Source: Planctomycetota bacterium (GTDB lineage Bacteria; Planctomycetota; JAJSAM01; JAJVHW01). Taken from it: DNA of 64,000 bases. This document shows positions 60,039-64,000 of this stretch, in pieces (position 1 is the stretch's first letter; each line of letters begins with the position of its first letter). Made by a program: the position numbers and the translations under genes. The notes under the pieces are model-generated. The model worked only from the letters and a program-made list of their open reading frames with translations, was not told where the DNA came from and made no database searches. The stretch lies in the NCBI GenBank assembly GCA_965248445.1, contig CBDFJG010000001.1, forward strand, positions 590,058 through 654,057. Direction: 5' to 3'.

Positions 60039-62838
60039 CGCGAAGGACGCCGACCCGACGGTTGCCGCCGTCCTCGCGAACGCTGAAGCCAGGCGCCGCT
60101 GGCCGGGCGTGACGATCGCGATCGACGACGAGGACGGGAAGTACTACTTCGACGAGGCCGACGCCTCACGCGCGGTGGAGTTCTTCCCGGCGTTCCTGCG
60201 GCATCTGAAGGGCGAGTTCGCGGGGCGTGCGTTCGAGCTCCTGGACTGGCAGAGGGACCTGCTCGTCCGTCCGCTCTTTGGGTGGAAGCGCGCGAGCGAT
60301 GGGCGTCGCCGCTTCCGACGGGTCTTCCTGGAGATCGCGAAGAAGAATGGGAAGGCGCTCGCCCTCGACACGCCGATCCCCACACCCGAGGGCTGGAGCA
60401 CGATGGGCGAGTTGCGGCGCGGGGGCCGGGTGTTCGGGGCCGATGGCAGGCCGGTGCGTGTCGTCGCCACCACGGGCGTCATGCACGGCCACGAGTGCTT
60501 CCGCGTGCACTTCTCGGACGGCACGTCCCTCGTCGCCGACGCAGATCACCTCTGGTACACCGAGTCGCGCGCCGCAGGCGAGCAGGCCAAGGGACGCATG
60601 GGAGCGATCCGCACCACGCGGGAACTGCACGAGACGCCGAGCGGCCCCTACGTCGGCGCGGGTGTGCGCTCGAACAACCACCGCATCCCCGTCGCGGCGG
60701 CGATGCGGCTCCCTCCCGTGAACCTGCCGGTTCCGCCGTACACACTCGGCGTCTGGCTCGGGGACGGCGACTCCGCGGGAAGCGGCGTGACGATCAATGA
60801 CCGCGATCTCGACATCTTGGCGCACGTCTGGGACGAGGGCATCCCGCTGCGCGAGACGGCGGCGCAACGCGGCTGCTCGCGCTTTCGACTCGGTCTCCAG
60901 AACGAGCCCGGCGTGCTTGACGGCAAGTCGCTCCAGCGGGTGCTCCGCGAACTCGGCCTGCTCGGGGACAAGCACATCCCGGCGGTCTACCTGCGCGCCT
61001 CGTTCGAGCAGCGGATGGCGCTCGCGCGGGGGCTCATGGATACCGACGGCACGGCGAGCAAGGCAGGCGAGTGCGAGATCACGACGATCCACCCGCGGCT
61101 GCGCGACGGGATCGTCGAGCTCCTGCGCAGCCTCGGGTTCAAGCCGTCCGTGCGCGAGGAGCGGGCTGTCCTCAACGGCAAGGACTGCGGTGCCTGCTAC
61201 GACATACAGTTCCGCTCGTTCGCCGACGACCGTCCGGTGTTCCGGACGCCGTGGAAACGCAATCGACTCAGGCCGCGTCCGAAGCGTCGTCCGCGCTCGA
61301 CATCGCGCTACGTAGTCGCTGTCGACCCGGTTCCGTCCGTGCCGGTGCGCTGCATCCAGGTGGACGCGCGCGACGGGCTGTTCCTCGCCGGCGATGGAAT
61401 GGTGCCCACGCACAACAGCGGAATGTGCTCGGGGCTTGGGCTCTACCTCCTGCACTGCGACCGTGAGCCGGGTGCAGAGATCGTCGCCGCGGCCGCCAAC
61501 CGCGAGCAGGCGGGCATCGTCTTCAACGAGGCGCGTGACATGAACGAGCTGTGTCCGGCGCTCGCGTCTCGTTCGGAGACCTTCCGCCGGTCGATCGTCG
61601 TGCCGCAGACGCGCTCGTCGTTCAAGGTGGTGTCGTCCGACGTGAAGGGAGGGCACGGCCCCAACATCCACGCGCTGCTCTTCGACGAGTTCCACACGCA
61701 GCCGAACCGCGAGCTCTACGAGACGCTCGCGAAGGGCGTGGCCGCCAGGCGCCAGCCGATCGTGGTGCTGATCACGACGGCGGGCGATGACCACGACTCG
61801 GTGTGCTACGAGGAGTACGAGTTCGCACGCCGCGTGATGTCTGGCGTGATCGAGGACGAGACGTACCTGCCGATCATCTTCGAGGCGTCGCCCGAGGACG
61901 ACTGGCGCGATCCGGCGACGTGGGCGAAGGCGAACCCATCGCTCGACGTGACGGTCAAGCGCGACTACCTCGAAGCCGAGTGCCGCGCGGCCATTGCGGA
62001 GCCCCGCAAGCAGAACGCCTTCAAGCGCCTGCACCTGAACCTCTGGACGAAGACCACCGACGTCTGGATTCCCATCGAGTGGTGGAAGGCGTGCCCGGCG
62101 CTCCCAGCGGCAGAGACGCTGGCAGGTCTCCCCGTCGCCGGCGGGCTCGACCTCTCCAGCACGACGGACCTGACGGCGTTCGTGCTGGTCTTCCGGTTGC
62201 CGCCAACGACGCCGGACACGCCGAGCGTCGAGGTCGCCGACCTGGACGAGGGGGGCGAGCCGGTGAAACGCGTTCTCTCCATCAACTACGACCTGGCCGT
62301 CGTCCCCTACCTCTGGATGCCCGAAGACCGGCTGCACGAACGGTCGCGCGAGGACGGCGTGGACTACGGCGTCTGGGTGCGCGCCGGACACCTGCGCACC
62401 ACGCCCGGGAGCGTCGTGGACTACGACTTCATCTACCGCGCGATCGTGGATGAGATCGCGCCGCGCTACGGCGTGAAGCAGATCGGCTACGACCCGTGGA
62501 ACGCGCTGCAGTTCGCGCTCCAACTTGAGAAGGCGGGCTTCGACGCGGTCGAGGTGCGGCAGGGACCGCGCACGCTGTCGGCCGCCTGCAAGGTGCTCTA
62601 CGCGCTGACGAAGGCTGGCCGCGTCCACCACGACGCGAACAAGACGATGGCGTGGTGCGTCGCGAACGCCGCCGTGAAGGAGGACGCGAACGAGAACGTC
62701 CGTCCGATCAAGACGAACTCGAAGAAGCGCATCGACGGGGTGGTCGCTGCGGTGACAGCGCTCTCCCGGCTGATGGTGCTGCCGGATCGTCCGGCGTCCC
62801 CGTACGCGTATCGGGGAGTCCGGGCTGTCGGATCGTGA
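60028..62838 (+). CDS. terL: Phage terminase large subunit containing an intein
   Basis: KKNGK|S Walker A, FDEFH Walker B, ITTAG, W.KANP, GLDLS...D and KRIDG. Confidence 0.95.
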   Translation: MGRNAKDADPTVAAVLANAEARRRWPGVTIAIDDEDGKYYFDEADASRAVEFFPAFLRHLKGEFAGRAFELLDWQRDLLVRPLFGWKRASDGRRRFRRVFLEIAKKNGKALALDTPIPTPEGWSTMGELRRGGRVFGADGRPVRVVATTGVMHGHECFRVHFSDGTSLVADADHLWYTESRAAGEQAKGRMGAIRTTRELHETPSGPYVGAGVRSNNHRIPVAAAMRLPPVNLPVPPYTLGVWLGDGDSAGSGVTINDRDLDILAHVWDEGIPLRETAAQRGCSRFRLGLQNEPGVLDGKSLQRVLRELGLLGDKHIPAVYLRASFEQRMALARGLMDTDGTASKAGECEITTIHPRLRDGIVELLRSLGFKPSVREERAVLNGKDCGACYDIQFRSFADDRPVFRTPWKRNRLRPRPKRRPRSTSRYVVAVDPVPSVPVRCIQVDARDGLFLAGDGMVPTHNSGMCSGLGLYLLHCDREPGAEIVAAAANREQAGIVFNEARDMNELCPALASRSETFRRSIVVPQTRSSFKVVSSDVKGGHGPNIHALLFDEFHTQPNRELYETLAKGVAARRQPIVVLITTAGDDHDSVCYEEYEFARRVMSGVIEDETYLPIIFEASPEDDWRDPATWAKANPSLDVTVKRDYLEAECRAAIAEPRKQNAFKRLHLNLWTKTTDVWIPIEWWKACPALPAAETLAGLPVAGGLDLSSTTDLTAFVLVFRLPPTTPDTPSVEVADLDEGGEPVKRVLSINYDLAVVPYLWMPEDRLHERSREDGVDYGVWVRAGHLRTTPGSVVDYDFIYRAIVDEIAPRYGVKQIGYDPWNALQFALQLEKAGFDAVEVRQGPRTLSAACKVLYALTKAGRVHHDANKTMAWCVANAAVKEDANENVRPIKTNSKKRIDGVVAAVTALSRLMVLPDRPASPYAYRGVRAVGS
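60355..61416 (+). mobile_element. Class 3 intein with a LAGLIDADG homing endonuclease (354 aa)
   Basis: Starts ALALDTPIPT and ends VPTHN before Ser. Contains DADHLW, VRCIQV, LGVWLGDG and LARGLMDTDG. Confidence 0.9.
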
Positions 62839-62866
62839 CAGACCATCCCGTGAACCCGCTCGAGGG

Positions 62867-63991
62867 TCAGCGACCCAGCCATCGCTGCCGGACCACGTAC
62901 CACCGCAGTTGATCCCCGTCGAGACTGCGCGCGTGGAACCCAACGCCCCTTGACCCCGACTTGAACGTCACGGCCGTCGGAGCACCCGTGTCTTCGTCCA
63001 CGACGCTGTACGTGCGGACCGTGCTGGTCGGTGTCGGCGGTTCGGGGAACCCAGGCGGGCGCTCGAAGGTGGGCATCGGACGGGAGTCGTGGTCGATGTC
63101 GGCGACCGTGAGACGCCGCCTCAGGTCTTCGAGATCCTCCGACTCGATGACCGCGGCCAGCCGGTCCCCGAGCAGCGTGAAGCCGTTCTCGTCTCGGCGA
63201 AGGGCTCCGTGAATCGTCGTGCCGTGTCGGCCGAGGAGGCGGGTCCAGACCCCGATCGGCGGGTCGTAGTCGGGTGGCGGACCAAGCTCGATCAGAACGG
63301 CTGGTGTGTTCGCAACGCTCGGCTCCGGCATAGCGACGTCGCTGGACGGACCGCGTAGCGTCATCGACACGCCGAACGTCCCGGCCGCCGGGTCGGATGT
63401 CGTCCGGGCGCTCTCCTCGGGCGGAGGGGTTGGCGGAGTTTCCGGCTCGGGAGGGAACGGTCGAGTCCGTTCGACCTCGGTGCGCCAGGCGGCCATCGCC
63501 TCTTCAGGTGAGCCGCCCCAAGCGATGGCCTTGCCCACACACCCGTCGGCTGCTGCCCACCGCGCATTCCCAGGAACGCGGCCATCGAACAGCGCCTCGC
63601 GGAGCGCGAAGAGCCCGCAGTTCCAGACGCCTTGCACGCCGCCGGGAAGGCGCACCGGCAGGTGGACGCGACCCGGGCCATGCTGCGCCACGTCGAGACC
63701 GGCGATGAACTCGGCCACGAGTTCCACCGGGTTCGCCGACTTCTTCGCCAGCGCCGCGATCACGCCCCAGAGCGTGTCTTTCGGCCCGCCGCGCGTCACT
63801 TCCTTCCAGCGCCCGTCATCGCCGTACGTGATCGTTGCTGACTGGGGTCCGTCGTGGATCACGACCTCGCCGGGTCCGAGGTTCCGCAGTTTCGGGACGC
63901 GCCCAGGTCGCGGCGGCGGTTCCAGTGGAGCGCCCTCGGGCGCGGCGACCATGACGACCGCCCCGTGTCTGCCCTTGGTACTGAGGGACAC
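62867..63991 (-). CDS. Hypothetical protein antisense to the packaging genes (may start beyond the window)
   Basis: Long open frame convergent with terL. No recognisable motif. Confidence 0.5.
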   Translation of the reverse strand: MSLSTKGRHGAVVMVAAPEGAPLEPPPRPGRVPKLRNLGPGEVVIHDGPQSATITYGDDGRWKEVTRGGPKDTLWGVIAALAKKSANPVELVAEFIAGLDVAQHGPGRVHLPVRLPGGVQGVWNCGLFALREALFDGRVPGNARWAAADGCVGKAIAWGGSPEEAMAAWRTEVERTRPFPPEPETPPTPPPEESARTTSDPAAGTFGVSMTLRGPSSDVAMPEPSVANTPAVLIELGPPPDYDPPIGVWTRLLGRHGTTIHGALRRDENGFTLLGDRLAAVIESEDLEDLRRRLTVADIDHDSRPMPTFERPPGFPEPPTPTSTVRTYSVVDEDTGAPTAVTFKSGSRGVGFHARSLDGDQLRWYVVRQRWLGR

Positions 63992-64000
63992 GAGCGGCCA

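Larger units (their letters stand above)
55129..64000 (+). mobile_element. Partial prophage (end of replication region plus DNA packaging module)
   Basis: HNH, ParB-like, MTase, terS and terL in one coupled run. No integrase or portal in the window. Confidence 0.85.

Overview
High-GC (roughly 70% by eye) bacterial chromosome segment. Gene content suggests Planctomycetota, which is an inference. From left to right: (1) a probable IS1380 end, a secreted beta-helix gene, and a tRNA-Arg(ACG) locus whose 3' end is duplicated 1 kb away, enclosing kinase and GAF remnants; (2) a PP2C-NatA-NatB/CAAX operon; (3) a tightly coupled arginine operon argG-X-argC-argD-argF'-argB-argE-argH with no argA or argJ; (4) a minus-strand cluster with a missed UxxC selenoprotein and SECIS-like hairpin, a redoxin/cytochrome c/Cu-monooxygenase fusion, a frameshifted trans-sulfuration enzyme and a prolyl oligopeptidase; (5) housekeeping genes (tdk, RRM, DTW, galE, serA, serB); (6) an ECF sigma/cupin anti-sigma module with three CATCC-N16-CGTA promoters; (7) two paralogous Cys/His-motif lipoproteins; (8) a complete IS1380 joined directly to the middle of a prophage (HNH, ParB-like, MTase, terS, and terL with a class 3 intein). 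The leading candidate for a new system is the arg operon. Gene X is a DUF1611-like P-loop protein in the slot of the missing glutamate-acylating enzyme, and ArgF' carries a succinyl-type residue. All calls come from motif reading by eye; no searches were run.
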